This document shows, piece by piece, positions 47,601-62,600 of a stretch of 64,000 bases of DNA (position 1 is the stretch's first letter; each line of letters starts with the position of its first letter). The DNA is from Haliotis rufescens (lineage: Eukaryota): contig NW_025963879.1 of the NCBI RefSeq assembly GCF_023055435.1, positions 22,816,001 through 22,880,000 of the forward strand. The letters run 5' to 3'. Under the pieces are notes generated by a model. That model saw nothing but the letters and a program-made list of their open reading frames with translations, ran no database searches and had not been told where the DNA came from. The position numbers and the translations under genes were made by a program.

Positions 47601-50600
47601 CAACACCAGGCATTACCCCACCAAGTGAGGGAGAAAGTGTAACCTTCACCTTAAGACCCGGTTCATATACAAAATGGACTGCATCCCTACTTTCCAACAT
47701 CTCACCCACCATCTTCTTGGTACTCCCAGGAAGTATTAGGTCACACTTTATGGTTTACAAATCTTTTGCTAATGAAAAAGATCAGGGCCCCGTTCCACAA
47801 AGTGATCTTAGTGGTACGTTGATCGTAAGCCTATGATGAAGTATGGGAGTTACGATCACCTTAGCTGTAAGATCACTTTGTGGAATGGGGCCAAGGCAAA
47901 TAAATCTTAATCATTTCTGTTTTGAGTTGCTCGGCTCAACTTGTCTAAAACCGTAACAGAAAGGCTGTATGTGATGTACTTATCCCCTGCATGGCTAGAC
48001 ATGCCTACCTCTGGCTCCCCCGGCTTGTTGAGAACGACCACCTCGTGTAGATGCTGCACCGCCTCATTCACAATGTTCTCAAACAACGCAGGCTGAAACA
48101 AACATTGCACACCTGGTACTAATCTGTGTCCCTTTGAAAAATAGACCGATTCATTTCAACTCATAAAATATTTCATGTTAACTGATACAGATATGGACAA
48201 TATTTGTGTTGAAATAGTTACACACAGTATAACAGAATAGTCAAAGCATCAGGCTCCTGTTATGAGATTTACATATAGTGTATGAACAACAGTCCAAGTA
48301 CAGTAGAACACAGATAGAGCGAACAAACGGATACAATGAACTGTTAAAACATCCCCGATTTATCTCCTATATATTATCATATAAAATTTACGTACAATAT
48401 GAACTCTCTACAGCGAACTGGCAGATATAGCGAACTTATATCTGATCCCCAACAAGCCCATCTACCACTAATTCGTGACGTGTATAGCGAACTGAGAAAT
48501 CTCACTCAGTGTCAAGTGTCACTGACAATTGGCTGTACGCAATCAGACGCGAATCAACACAATCGCGGTGAATCAACACAATCACTGGTGACGATTCAAC
48601 CTTGTTAAACTTGCATTATGTTAATTTAATTGTCCATGTAATTGGACTAATAAGTTCTGTAAAACAAACAAACTTCATTCAATAATGTGTACATTAATTT
48701 CATTGATACTGGAATATATTATTCTGATAAAATAATAACTTCAGATACAATTTCTTCCTACCATTGCATTTAAATTTTGGTACTATTTAACTGAATCACC
48801 GGTAGATGCGGGAGAAAACGTGTATAAATGTGTATGTGTATTTATTTCGTTTTAGCCAAGATGGCGGATGTTTCCGAGCGAAAACGTATATAACGAACAA
48901 CGTATATAACAAACTGATTTCTGCGGTCCCTTGTAGTTTGTTATATCCATGTTCTACTGTACTGTATTTATGTGCTTCAACACTGTGACAATCACACATC
49001 TGTCAATCCACCAATCCCCTCAGTGCTACTGATGTTAGAGTTGTCCTTCCTTAACATAGGCTTAAACACATCACTAAGTGACAGAGTTTGGACTTAGGCC
49101 GCTTTTAACAATATTCCAGCAGTATCACAGCTGGGTTCACCAGACATGTACCATTAGTGTACCATTGTGGGGAATCAAACCCAGGCCTTCAGTGTGACAA
49201 GAGAAACACTTTAACCACTAGGCTACCCCACCTCCCCACCTATCACTAAGAGCCATGGAACAAGGCTGCTCCGGGTTACAATCAGATGCAGGATAATGAC
49301 TAATGCAGGGCTGACATATTGCCCCCTGAAGCCATGGGGTTAGTACCGGTAATGTGTAATAAACTTGATACACTCTCCTGACAAAATGTTTTTCTCCTTA
49401 CCAATTGGGTTGTGCCGCCGTACTCATCGTCTGTGTCCACTGCCCACACCTCCTTCGTGTGTAGCAACTTTACATCTGTAACATGTGGGTGGAGAGGTCT
49501 TTCAGTGGCATTCTAGAAGTTCATGAACATAATCACGCGCATCGTCGTGATCTTGATAAAATACTATGTATTCCGCCATGGAGGGGAATAAATTTCTCAG
49601 CGGGAGAATAAATCCCTTATACCCCACCACAAACAAGTCAGGCTGCATTAGGATTTCTGAGAGGCAGAATAAATCCCTTATACCCCGTTTCAAAGCTAAA
49701 AGCTGCACGCTTTTTCCAAGTCAAAGGAAGTCACGTGACATAGCACAAATGACCTCAGCTCAATCAAACAGCTGTTGTCTCTCAAATTTGAATTTGTGTT
49801 CATTTTTTTAAAATGTCCTATTAAAACATATCGGTAAGATAAATTCGTTGTAGAAGGATCACTCGGGGTACATGGGGTTTTATGCTTCCCTCGTTATGTT
49901 TTATACCATGAGCCTCCGGCGCGCCTTTTCCAAGTCAATGGAAGTCACGTGACATAGCACAACTTAACCTCAGCTTAATCGAACAGCTGTTTTCTATCAA
50001 TTTTGAATTTGCTTAATTCTTTAATAATGTCATATTAAATATGTTGGTAAGATAAATTCCTTGTAGAGTGGTGGTATAAAACCTAACAAGGGATGCATAA
50101 AAAACCCATCTACCCCGGTACATGTTTGGTTGTTTGGTAGTTGTCTAACTCTGCACTCAGCAATATTCCAGCCCTATCACGGTGGCCAGTAAATAATCAA
50201 GTCTGGACCAAAACATCCAGTGATATATATTGTGAACAACAATCCACGCTGTTGGAATAAGCCATCAGCCAAGACACCGAGTCTTTCCACCCAATACATT
50301 TGGTCGCCTCTTACAACCAGCATAGGTTGCTGGGGGCCAATTCTAACCAGGAATCCCCATGGGGGATCAAACAATATGCCACATTTAGCAATATTCCCAC
50401 AACATCACAGTGGGAAACACTTCACAGGTCATGTAATAATAACTTGTACCATACAGTATTTAGCCTATATGAAGAAGAATGTAACAGAAGCAGACACAGG
50501 TATAAATTAGGGACTTCAAGAATGGGCTCAACGCTCAGTTCCCAGACATTGCTTCTACCTGATCCACATTAGTCAGGCTTTGTCCACAACTAGTAAACAC

Positions 50601-53600
50601 CATCAGAAAATGTGGATGATAAACGAGTCCCTTCCTTCCGGGTTAATCCTGACACACTTAACACAGAGACACAGACACAGACACAGACCCACACACAAAC
50701 ATACACACACACCTGATATCGCCTGTTTAAGGAGGGTGAACATGCAGTTGGTGCGGAGGTCAAAGGCCAGTTCCTGTAGTGAGTTCATCGAGTTGCCGAG
50801 TGTGTCCAGGTTTGAGAGAGATGATGCACAGGATCTGAAACAGACAGTGAAACAGTCAGATACCATGTGACACAGTCAGATACAGTGTGACACAGTCAGA
50901 TACAGTGTGTCACAGTCAGATACAGTGGGACACAGTTAGACACCGTGTGACAGTCAGATACAGTGGGACACAGTGAGTGAGTTTATGCTTTACGTCAGAT
51001 AGGCAATATTTCAGCCATATCATAATCATGACGATAGTGTGACACAGACACAGTCAGACACAGTGTGACACAGTCAGATACAGTGTGACACAGTCAGATA
51101 CAGTGTGTCACAGTCAGATACAGTGGGACACAGTTAGACATCGTGTGACAGTCAGATACAGTGGGACACAGTGAGTGAGTGAGTTTATGCTTTACGTCAC
51201 ATCGGCAATATTTCAGCCATATCATGACGATAGTGTGACACAGACACAGTTGGACACAGTGTGACAGTCAGATACAGTGTGACACAGTCGGACACAGAAT
51301 GACACAGGTACAGTGTGACACAGTCAGACACAGTGTGACAGTCAGATACAGAGTGACACAGGTACAGTGTGACACAGTCGGACACAGTGTGACAGTCAGG
51401 TACAGTGTGTAAACAGTCAGACACAGTCGGACTCAGAGTGACACAGGTACAGTCGGACACAGTTGGACACAGTGTGACACAGTCGGACACAGTGTGACAC
51501 AGTCAAACACACTCGGACACAGTGTGAAACAGGTACAGTGAAACCATCTACCAACACCAAAATCCAGAATGTCAATACTGAAGTATGTCTTTAAACTGAT
51601 ATTGTTCCATTGGTACTGCATTTATTACAAATATACTTTCCTTGGCATTGATTAATACATAAAATGTCTTGGCTACCTGATTTGCCTGACACTGTGGGGC
51701 AGCCATGCCCCTGGGACACCGAGAGGCGTGACTGACCACACCCCTAATGTCTCCCTCTCTGTCTTGCCAATATTCTCCAGCGACCCAGGCAGGAAGGCAG
51801 CTCGGACGAGGTTGGCAAACAAGCCAATAATTTCTGCAATCATTTGCTGCAAAAACAGTAAGTCATCACCTGTAATCTGTTTCTTCAATAGATGACTGGG
51901 CCACCTGTGCCCCATTACACAACAGACTGACAGGTTGAATGGATTTCAGGTAATTAGCCTTTTTCGTATCTGTAAAATGTCAAAGGAAAATCCTTTCCAC
52001 AAGCTTAACTGGTGAATTATGTATGAAACCTACATGTCTAAATTCATCAATACTTGTCAAAGTCATCAACTTAAAACAAGAATCACAGCACATTAAAAGC
52101 CTTAAAGCTAAAAAAAATAATAGTCTTTTTCTCAAGCACCGTCCGATCATCATAAAGTTTGCCACATGTTTCATATTTATTTCCAATTTTTTGGGTTTTT
52201 TTAAAAAGAAAAAAATTCCAACTGTTGTCAAATACTGTATTCCAGTATTTTACTCATCAAGGAATACATTTATGTAGGGAGGCCCTCTCCCAGGTCGACT
52301 GTACACACCTGTTTATTTGGTTACACATCTGTTTATCTGGGTACACACTAGTTAGAACAAACAAAAACAACACTGCCTCCCGCACTATATATTCAAAAGC
52401 CATTGCCTGAGAACCAATTCTTTCTTTTATTTTTAAGCCCAAATGACATCTGACCTTAACACTGGCTCATTTGCTTGGCTATAATAATTAACATGTGCTT
52501 ATAGATAACATACTTATTGTAAACTTACCTTTAATTTTGAATGTTTACTTGTATCTATCTTAAACCCCTTCTCAGAGCTCTGAAATAGATTCATAATGCA
52601 TGATAAGAATTGTATTTTGTTTGTTTACTGCTGCAGTCGACAATATTCCAACAATATGATGGCGGCATGTTAAGTCCCTCCCTGCTGGGTAACGATGACA
52701 TACAATCTACCACCTCTCAGATCCTAAGTACCTTAACAATTTTGTTGTCTCTTGTGATAAGGGTTTGGGGATGGTTTGTTGTTTAACACTGCACTCAGCA
52801 ATATCTCAGCTGTATGATGGAGGTCTGCAAATATCAAGTCTGACTAGACAATCCAGTGATTGACATAGTGAGCATCAATCTATACAATTAGGATACGATG
52901 ACATGCATCAACCAAGTCAGCGAGCCTGACCATCCGATCCTGTTAGTCGCCTCTTACAATAAACATGGGTTGCTGAAGAACAATTCTAATCCAGATTTTC
53001 AGGGGTCTCTATGATAAGCATGACAATGAGCTGAGCACTGGGACCTATTCTAACTGGGTCTGCAGCGGGTAATGAGAAGTTCAACTTGTACAAGAACAAT
53101 TGCAAAGTCCTACTAACATTGAACAATTTCAAGACATGGTTGAAACCCTGGGCAATATTCGATCAAACAGAAAAATCATCAAAGAATAACCATCAATTTG
53201 TTATATTATCTCTAGTGTCTACCACGGACGAGTGAGTTTCATTAATGCCTCTTTGAACAGTATTTTAGTCAGATCACAGCATGTCAACAAAATGTGGGAA
53301 GAAAACCTGAAGTGATGTAGATCTTAGACGCTTACCACTTTGATGAAACCCCATTGTAATGGTGCTGACAAACTTAGAAATCTACCGGTAATCTAAGAGG
53401 AATCTCAGATTTGAAACCTCAATCATAGGATCCTGGAGCGCTTAAGGGCAACAACTCTGCACAACAACTTGTGGCTCCTATGATGATTAGGCCACCTGGG
53501 GCCCTCTACCACAGAGTACCATTTAATAAAACATATGGTGTTATACACAGTGACTACCCGGGTACATTGCAATATTGCAGTGATATGTAACTAACCTACT

Positions 53601-56600
53601 TAGAACAGGGCAGAACATACACAAAACTAACAAGCAGCACTTTCGTACACTGTATAAGAGACCATATGCCGATTGAATACATGTATATGGTCCCTGACTG
53701 TATGTAGAACATGGGGAACAATGAAAGCAATGGACTTCTATAACTGCATCTGTTGGTTGTATTCCTACCTCAAGTTTCAGCATAAAGTCCCCTGTGAAGT
53801 ATGCCTGTCCCAGTTTCCAGAAGTCGGGGAAGTTGTCCATCATGATGTCCGTGAGGTCCTCGATGTACAACACTTTCTGGGGGGTCCGGTACTTGACCCC
53901 TGACAAAAGGCAAGGGCAGCATGGTCAGTGAGGTCGACACTGGACAAAACGTTGTATAACTACGTGGGATAGGTCATGACACTATCAACATACTGTTGCA
54001 ACAATTGTACTATCACCATACTGTTGCAACAATTGTACTATCACCATATTGTTGCAACAATTGCACTATCACCATACTGTTGCAACAATTGTACTATCAC
54101 CATACTGTTGCAACAATTGTACTATCACCATACTGTTGCAACAATTGTACCATCACCATACTGTTGCAACAATTGTACCATCACCATACTGTTGCAACAA
54201 TTGTACTATCACCATACTGTTGCAACAATTGCACTATCACCATATTGTTGCAACAATTGTATTATCACCATACTGTTGCAACAATTGTACCATCACCATA
54301 CTGTTGCAACAATTGTACTATCACCATACTGTTGCAACAATTGCACTATCACCATACTGTTGCAACAATTGTACTATCACCATACTGTTGCAACAATTGT
54401 ACCATCACCATATTGTTGCAACACTTGTACTATCACCATACTGTTGCAACAATTGCACTATCACCATACTGTTGCAACAATTGTACCATCACCATACTGT
54501 TGCAACAATTGTACCATCACCATACTGTTGCAACAATTGTACTATCACCATACTGTTGCAACAATTGCACCATCACCATATTGTTGCAACAATTGTATTA
54601 TCACCATACTGTTGCAACAATTGTACCATCACCATACTGTTGCAACAATTGTACCATCACCATACTGTTGCAACAATTGCACTATCACCATACTGTTGCA
54701 ACAATTGTACTATCACCATACTGTTGCAACAATTGTACTATCACCATACTGTTGCAACAATTGTACTATCACCATACTGTTGCAACAATTGCACAATCAC
54801 CATACTGTTGCAACAATTGTACCATCACCATACTGTTGCAACACTTGTACTATCACCATATTGTTGCAACACTTGTACTATCACCATACTGTTGCAACAA
54901 TTGTACTATCACCATACTGTTGCAACAATTGTACTATCACCATACTGTTGCAACAATTGTACTATCACCATACTGTTGCAACAATTGCACCATCACCATA
55001 TTGTTGCAACAATTGTATTATCACCATACTGTTGCAACAATTGTACCATCACCATACTGTTGCAACAATTGCACTATCACCATACTGTTGCAACAATTGT
55101 ATTATCACCATACTGTTGCAACAATTGTACCATCACCATACTGTTGCAACAATTGTACTATCACCATACTGTTGCAACAATTGTACCATCACCATATTGT
55201 TGCAACACTTGTACTATCACCATACTGTTGCAACAATTGTACCATCACCATATTGTTGCAACACTTGTACTATCACCATACTGTTGCAACAATTGTACCA
55301 TCACCATATTGTTGCAACACTTGTACTATCACCATATTGTTGCAACAATTGTACTATCACCATACTGTTGCAACAATTGTACCATCACCATATTGTTGCA
55401 ACAATTGTACTATCACCATATTGTTGCAACACTTGTACTATCACCATACTGTTGCAACAATTGTAGATTTATTCACACTTGTACTGATTGTATTGGTAAT
55501 ATACTGATGTATATTAGTATTTGACCACAAACAGCTACAAAGCATCAGTGGTTTGTTCAGTGTTACACCCCTAGACGTAATACATCAGGACTTTATCAAC
55601 CATAACACACATCAGGCTTGTGCTCACTGTAACAGCCATGCATCAGTTTCATCATGTAACTTAGCCTATCAAAATCTATGTGGCTTATCCTGCCTCAAGT
55701 CTGAGATGGATGGATGGATGGATGGATGGATGGATGGATAGCACGATAATGCTATGATTCTATATGAAAAGTTTGAAATATTTGTGTGTTCAAAATTAAA
55801 ACTAAATCAATTTTACCTAATTTAACTTTTGACACAAGCCTTACCTGGTTGATCAGACGAGGAAGTGAAACTCGATTCCCTGGACACGCCTGCAACACAT
55901 CATCACAGATCATCACATCAACATAGCATCCTCGGCAATCTTATCTCCAAATTCTATGTTCTTATACTTTTGACCCATTCATACCAATTTTGAGCCCGAT
56001 TCGATGGACACTTTGCCAAATAGCCATTCAATCATATTAGTGTTTGTTCATTTTGGAAACAAGAAGTTTTATATCCAGTAGTGGACCTGGTATGCAATCT
56101 CATTTGTTTGTTTGTTGTTTTGTTGTTTAACGCTGCACTGAACAATATTCCAGCTAAATGATGGCGGTCTGTAAATAATTGAATCCGGAAACCACAATCC
56201 GGTGATTGATTATTTTGAGTATCAATATACGCAACTGGGATATGATGACATGCATCAACCAAAAAGGGAGTCTGACCACCCAAGACCAATTCTAATCAGA
56301 TCTTCACTGGGGGCATACCATCTCAAATACAACTGGCAACATCTTACAGCATAAAAACTTTCCTAAACTTTATTGTTACTTTAAAATTATCTCTTCCAGC
56401 TAACAGTCTTCTGATTCGATTAAAAATACGAGACCTCAATTATGAATGCAGATAAACTGCTTTCAGAGGTGGGTGAGGTGAAATGGGGTCTAACAACGTG
56501 TTCAAGATAATTGCACTGATATAGCGACTTGCATGCACGTGTGTCTGTAGCTGCTTGTACTAGTCCGGACTAATGCTGATTTTGTAGTGCTAGTCCACTG

Positions 56601-59600
56601 AGATCAGATACTAAGCCGAGTAGACCAGTTCCTGTTTTATCCCCTTAATCCGAGCACCAGACAGGGTAACAACACCTCCGGGGATTGATTCCCAGACTGT
56701 CTGCTCTACCACTAGACCATGGTGGCAGTCTGCTTTCAGAAGAGTCCATTTGTTTGGCTGTTGATTTCAAACTTAAGAGCAAAAGAAATTCTGTGATAAG
56801 AGAGATGGGTCCAGGTCATGTATCATCAAAGAATGGAGATATGCTACCGTGGACAATGGAGGATGCATCTGCACATCGGACAGCATAGATTTTAGCGTGA
56901 AATGAAGGGACGTGTGTGCTGCAACCTGATTGGTTGAAACTGTCATTAAATGGGATTCAAAGCCTGGACATCTTTCGCACTTTCCTCTGTTTATGAATAC
57001 ATTTCTGGACAAATAACCTATTTCTCAATCCCATATCAGAAAACATGCCATTCAGCTTGGCAAAATGAATATCACATTACTGGTAATCAAATAATAAGTT
57101 GGATCAGTATTTATCAGAACTACTTCAATTTAGTTGGGTTTTTCTCATATTCTGCTAGTCAGCAGAGTTCAGTTGTCACGGAAGCATGTATTCTCATCCA
57201 CTGTATCATGATGTCATAGCATTCCATGGTGATGTCATAGCATTCCATGGTGATGTCATCACATTCCATGGTGATGTCATAGCATTCCATGGTGATGTCA
57301 TAGCATTCCATGGTGATGTCATCACATTCCATGGTGATGTCATAGCATTCCATGGTGATGTCATCACATTCCATGGTGATGTCATAGCATTCCAGAGTGA
57401 TGTTATGTCCGTCTCACAACGTTACAGTTTCCATTGAAAGAGTGTGCTTCAGAATATGACTGATAACTTCTTAAATTTACAGTGATGATAAATATTTCAG
57501 ATTTATAGGTTTTATTGAGAATTTGATGTCCAGAAAGTTTAACCTTTGAAACCTCTAACTAACGCTATCAGTTCCAAAACAAATTACCGGTACTGGGCAT
57601 CAAAACTGAAAAAAACACAAATCTGAGTACACACGATTCTTATCTCCTTGTGAGTCCATCACTTTATTATTCAAACACTTCTGGGAAAATGACTTGTATT
57701 ACAAAGCATTCAAACAAATGGTGACAGTTAACTCACCCTGTTTCAAACAGGAAAATAGCTACTTGCCATACATCGTTAACGTTGGGCAGAATGTTTGGGT
57801 GAGTGGTCGAGTGCCTAACATTTCCCTGATACCCAGTGAATATGCTGCATCGTACCGTCATTAACTGAGTAGCAATAGCTGGGTAGTAGGCATCTCATAA
57901 CTTACTGGACTTGAAGTTGGATGTACCGAGAGGAACTCGCAGTCTGCCAGATGCCATGTCCATGTCCCAGTCAGAGGCCTTGTCTGAAGGATACAAATAC
58001 AGATATCTCCACACCACTTTGCTTGCCATAGCCAATGTTTAGCATTCATCTTGGTCTGGATGTTCAGGTTAACTTCTAACTAACTGTCAACACCTTCACT
58101 ATACGTCAGTTAATCAGATGATAAAAATCTGTTGCAGGATGGGTGGCTATTAGGTAAAAAAAACTCATTACATTCAAGGTTAAAATAATTGAAATGTGAT
58201 ATCAAAAATCAATCCCACAATTTCACGTTTTTAGTGCTTCCTGTAATGAGTATGTGATATCCTATGAACAAAAAAGAATAATTTCTGTAGACAAGGTGAA
58301 CATTATTCTGCCAATGATTTCAGATTCTTATTGAAAATCACAGCAAAACAATTCAGCAAATTTATTTAAATATCTTGCTTTGGTTTATTTTTGGTTAATG
58401 CCCACAATATTCCGACAATACAAAATCAAGCTTGGACCAGACAATCCATTGAACGATGTTGTGAGCAACGTCGTCGGGATACGATGACACACAATCATCC
58501 AAATCACTGTGTCTGACCACCCGATCTATCCGGTTGCCTCTTATGTCCAGCATAAGTTGTTGGGGACATATTCTAACTCAGAAGCACCCGAGTCAAATTC
58601 AATGAAACAGTCACTGAAGCTGAAAAATAACAGGCTTATGTCAGGCCCCAGTATTTAGATACAAGGACAGGCTTATACCAGTGTGGCCCCAGTATTTAGA
58701 TACATTTATACCAGTGTGGCCCCAGTTTACAGATACAAGGACAGGCTAATACCAGTGTGGCCCCAGTATTTAGATACAAGGACAGGCTTATACCAGTGTG
58801 GCCCCAGTATTTAGATACAAGGACAGGCTTATACCAGTGTGGCCCCAGTTTACAGATACAAGGACAGGCTTATACCAGTGTGGCCCCAGTATTCAGATAC
58901 AAGGACAGGCTTATACCAGTGTGGCCCCAGTATTTAGATACAAGGACAGGCTTATACCAGTATGGCCCCAGTATTTAGATACAAGGACAGGCTTATACCA
59001 GTGTGGCCCCAGTATTCAGATACAAGGACAGGCTAATACCAGTGTGGCCCCAGTATTCAGATATAAGGACAGGCTAATACCAGTGTGGCCCCAGTTTACA
59101 GATACAAGGACAGGCTAATACCAGTATGGCCCCAGTATTTAGATACAAGGACAGGCTAATACCAGTATGGCCCCAGTATACAGATACAAGGACAGGCTTA
59201 TACCAGTGTGGCCCCAGTATTTAGATACAAGGACAGGCTTATAGCAGTATGGCCCCAGTATTTAGATACAAGGACAGGCTTATAGCAGTATGGCCCCAGT
59301 ATTTAGATACAAAGACAGGCTTATACCAGTGTGGCCCCAGTATACAGATACAAGGACAGGCTTATACCAGTGTGGCCCCAGTATTTAGATACAAGGACAG
59401 GCTTATACCAGTGTGGCCCCAGTATTCAGATATAAGGACAGGCTTATACCAGTGTGGCCCCAGTTTACAGATACAAGGACAGGCTAATACCAGTGTGGCC
59501 CCAGTATTCAGATACAAGGACAGGCTTATACCAGTGTGGCCCCAGTATTTAGATACAAGGACAGGCTAATACCAGTATGGCCCCAGTATTTAGATACAAG

Positions 59601-62600
59601 GACAGGCTAATACCAGTATGGCCCCAGTATACAGATACAAGGACAGGCTTATACCAGTGTGGCCCCAGTATTTAGATACAAGGACAGGCTAATACCAGTG
59701 TGGCCCCAGTATTTAGATACAAGGACAGGCTTATACCAGTGTGGCCCCAGTATTCAGATATAAGGACAGGCTTATACCAGTGTGGCCCCAGTTTACAGAT
59801 ACAAGGACAGGCTAATACCAGTGTGGCCCCAGTATTCAGATACAAGGACAGGCTTATACCAGTGTGGCCCCAGTATTTAGATACAAGGACAGGCTAATAC
59901 CAGTGTGGCCCCAGTATTTAGATACAAGGACAGGCTAATACCAGTATGGCCCCAGTATACAGATACAAGGACAGGCTTATACCAGTGTGGCCCCAGTATT
60001 TAGATACAAGGACAGGCTTATAGCAGTATGGCCCCAGTATTTAGATACAAGGACAGGCTTATAGCAGTATGGCCCCAGTATTTAGATACAAGGACAGGCT
60101 TATACCAGTGTGGCCCCAGTATTTAGATACAAGGACAGGCTTATACCAGTGTGGCCCCAGTATTCAGATATAAGGACAGGCTAATACCAGTGTGGCCCCA
60201 GTTTACAGATACAAGGACAGGCTAATACCAGTATGGCCCCAGTATTTAGATACAAGGACAGGCTAATACCAGTATGGCCCCAGTATACAGATACAAGGAC
60301 AGGCTTATACCAGTGTGGCCCCAGTATTTAGATACAAGGACAGGCTAATACCAGTGTGGCCCCAGTATTTAGATACAAGGACAGGCTTATACCAGTGTGG
60401 CCCCAGTATTTAGATACAAGGACAGGCTAATACCAGTATGGCCCCAGTATTTAGATACAAGGACAGGCTAATACCAGTATGGCCCCAGTATACAGATACA
60501 AGGACAGGCTTATACCAGTGTGGCCCCAGTATTTAGATACAAGGACAGGCTTATAGCAGTATGGCCCCAGTATTTAGATACAAGGACAGGCTTATAGCAG
60601 TATGGCCCCAGTATTCAGATACAAGGACAGGCTTATACCAGTGTGGCCCCAGTATACAGATACAAGGACAGGCTTATAGCAGTATGGCCCCAGTATTTAG
60701 ATACAAGGACAGGCTTATAGCAGTATGGCCCCAGTATTTAGATACAAGGACAGGCTTATATCAGTGTGGCCCCAGTATACAGATACAAGGACAGGCTTAT
60801 ACCATCGGGTCCCAGTATACAGACACAAGGACAGGCTTATACCAGTGTGGCCCCAGTATTTAGATACAAGGTGAGGTGAGGTGAAATTGGGTTTAACGTC
60901 GCGTCCAAGATTATTGCACTTATATAGCGACGTGCATGCACGTGTGTGTGTGTTGCTGCTTGTACTATTCCGGACTGATGCCGATTTATAGTGCTAGCTC
61001 ACTGAGATACCATGCCGCAGTTTAACATGAATACCCCACTCAGACACAGTATACTGACTCCGAGCCGACCAGTCCTTGTTTTAGCCCCTTAATGCCGAGC
61101 GCCAGACAGGGTACCAACAAGTACCATATTATAACGTCTTTTGGTATGGCCCGGCCGGGAATCGAACCCCGGACCCCAGACCTTCCGCTCTACCACAAGA
61201 CCACGGAGGCGGTCCTTAGATACAAGGACAGGCTTATAGTAGTGTGGTACCTACCTGCCTCTAGGTGGTCCTCCTTACACTCATGCAGCAGTCCGATCAA
61301 CCATTTCTGCTGCTTCATCAGACACTCCCAGGCCGGGTCTCCATTATACTCTAGGCTGATCAGGTATCTGTGGTAGTATAGGTTCTGCATAAGTAGCTAT
61401 CCACCACATTACAACACCCTTCTCTCCAACAATCTTAGTCCACACAAACAAGCTCTCGCAAGTAATACACACACCAGGCAGTCCTTGCACTATAGGGTAC
61501 TTGTCACTGGCACACATGCTCAAGCATGGATACATCTTTTTGGAAAAGTTGGGGTACATCTTGTAATTTGGCAATTTGTATTCAGTAAATAGTTTTGTCA
61601 AACTGTTGTAATATGTTCTCATTTAGTATGCCCAATCACCTTTCCAAATGTATGAAGATTCAGTATGCTTAACATAAAGGCACTGGGACAGGCTTGAGGT
61701 AAGGGGACAGACTATTCCCCTACATACCCACAGAGAGACAAGCATCATGTAGGGGGACCTACTATACCTGAATCCCCACAGAGAGATAAGCATGATTTTA
61801 GGAAACAGACTATTACCCTAAATACCCACAGAGCAACAAGCATCACATAAGGGGATCTACTATACCTGAATCCCCAGAGAGACAAGCATCACTTAAGGGG
61901 ATCTACTATACCTGAATCCCCACAGAGAGACAAGCATCACTTAAGGGGATCTACTATACCTGAATCCCCACGGAGAGACAAGCATGAGGTTAGGGGACAA
62001 ACTATTCCCCTAAATACCCACAGAGACAATCATCTGGTGAGAGGACAGACTATTCCACCCCCTCCCCCACCTCTCAAACATCCATCTCCAACACCCATCC
62101 CAACCATGAGCTACTCCAGGTGTGGGAGGATGTATGGGCTGACCTGATGAGTTTCTTCTGCTCCTCCAGGCTGATGGTCGGCTCCAGCAGCTTGTTGTGC
62201 AGCATCATTCGGAAATCACTGATCCTCTTCTCCACCTGCTGGTACACTGCAGAACATAGAACAGACTCGGTGTACACTGCAGAACATAGAACAGACTCAG
62301 TGTACACTGTAGAACATAGAACAGACTCGGTGTACACTGTAGAACATAGAACAGACTTGGTGTACACTGCAGAACATAAAACAGACTTGGTGTACACTGC
62401 AGAACATAGAACAGACTCAGTGTACACTGCAGAACATAGAACAGACTCGGTGTACACTGCAGAACATAGAACAGACTCAGTGTACACTGCAGAACATAGA
62501 ACAGACTCGGTGTACACTGCAGAACATAGAACAGACTAGGTATACACTGTAGAACATAGAACAGACTCGGTGTACACTGCAGAACATAGAACAGACTCGG

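Noticed and set aside
53976-55524. Three ~500-aa Cys/His-rich ORFs
   Set aside because: Artefact of a stop-free 28-bp minisatellite read in all three frames, antisense within an EXOC2 intron.
57737-57850. Extra EXOC2 exon ending at a gtgagt donor (57736)
   Set aside because: No upstream acceptor gives a stop-free phase 1-1 exon, and the flanking exons already join in frame.
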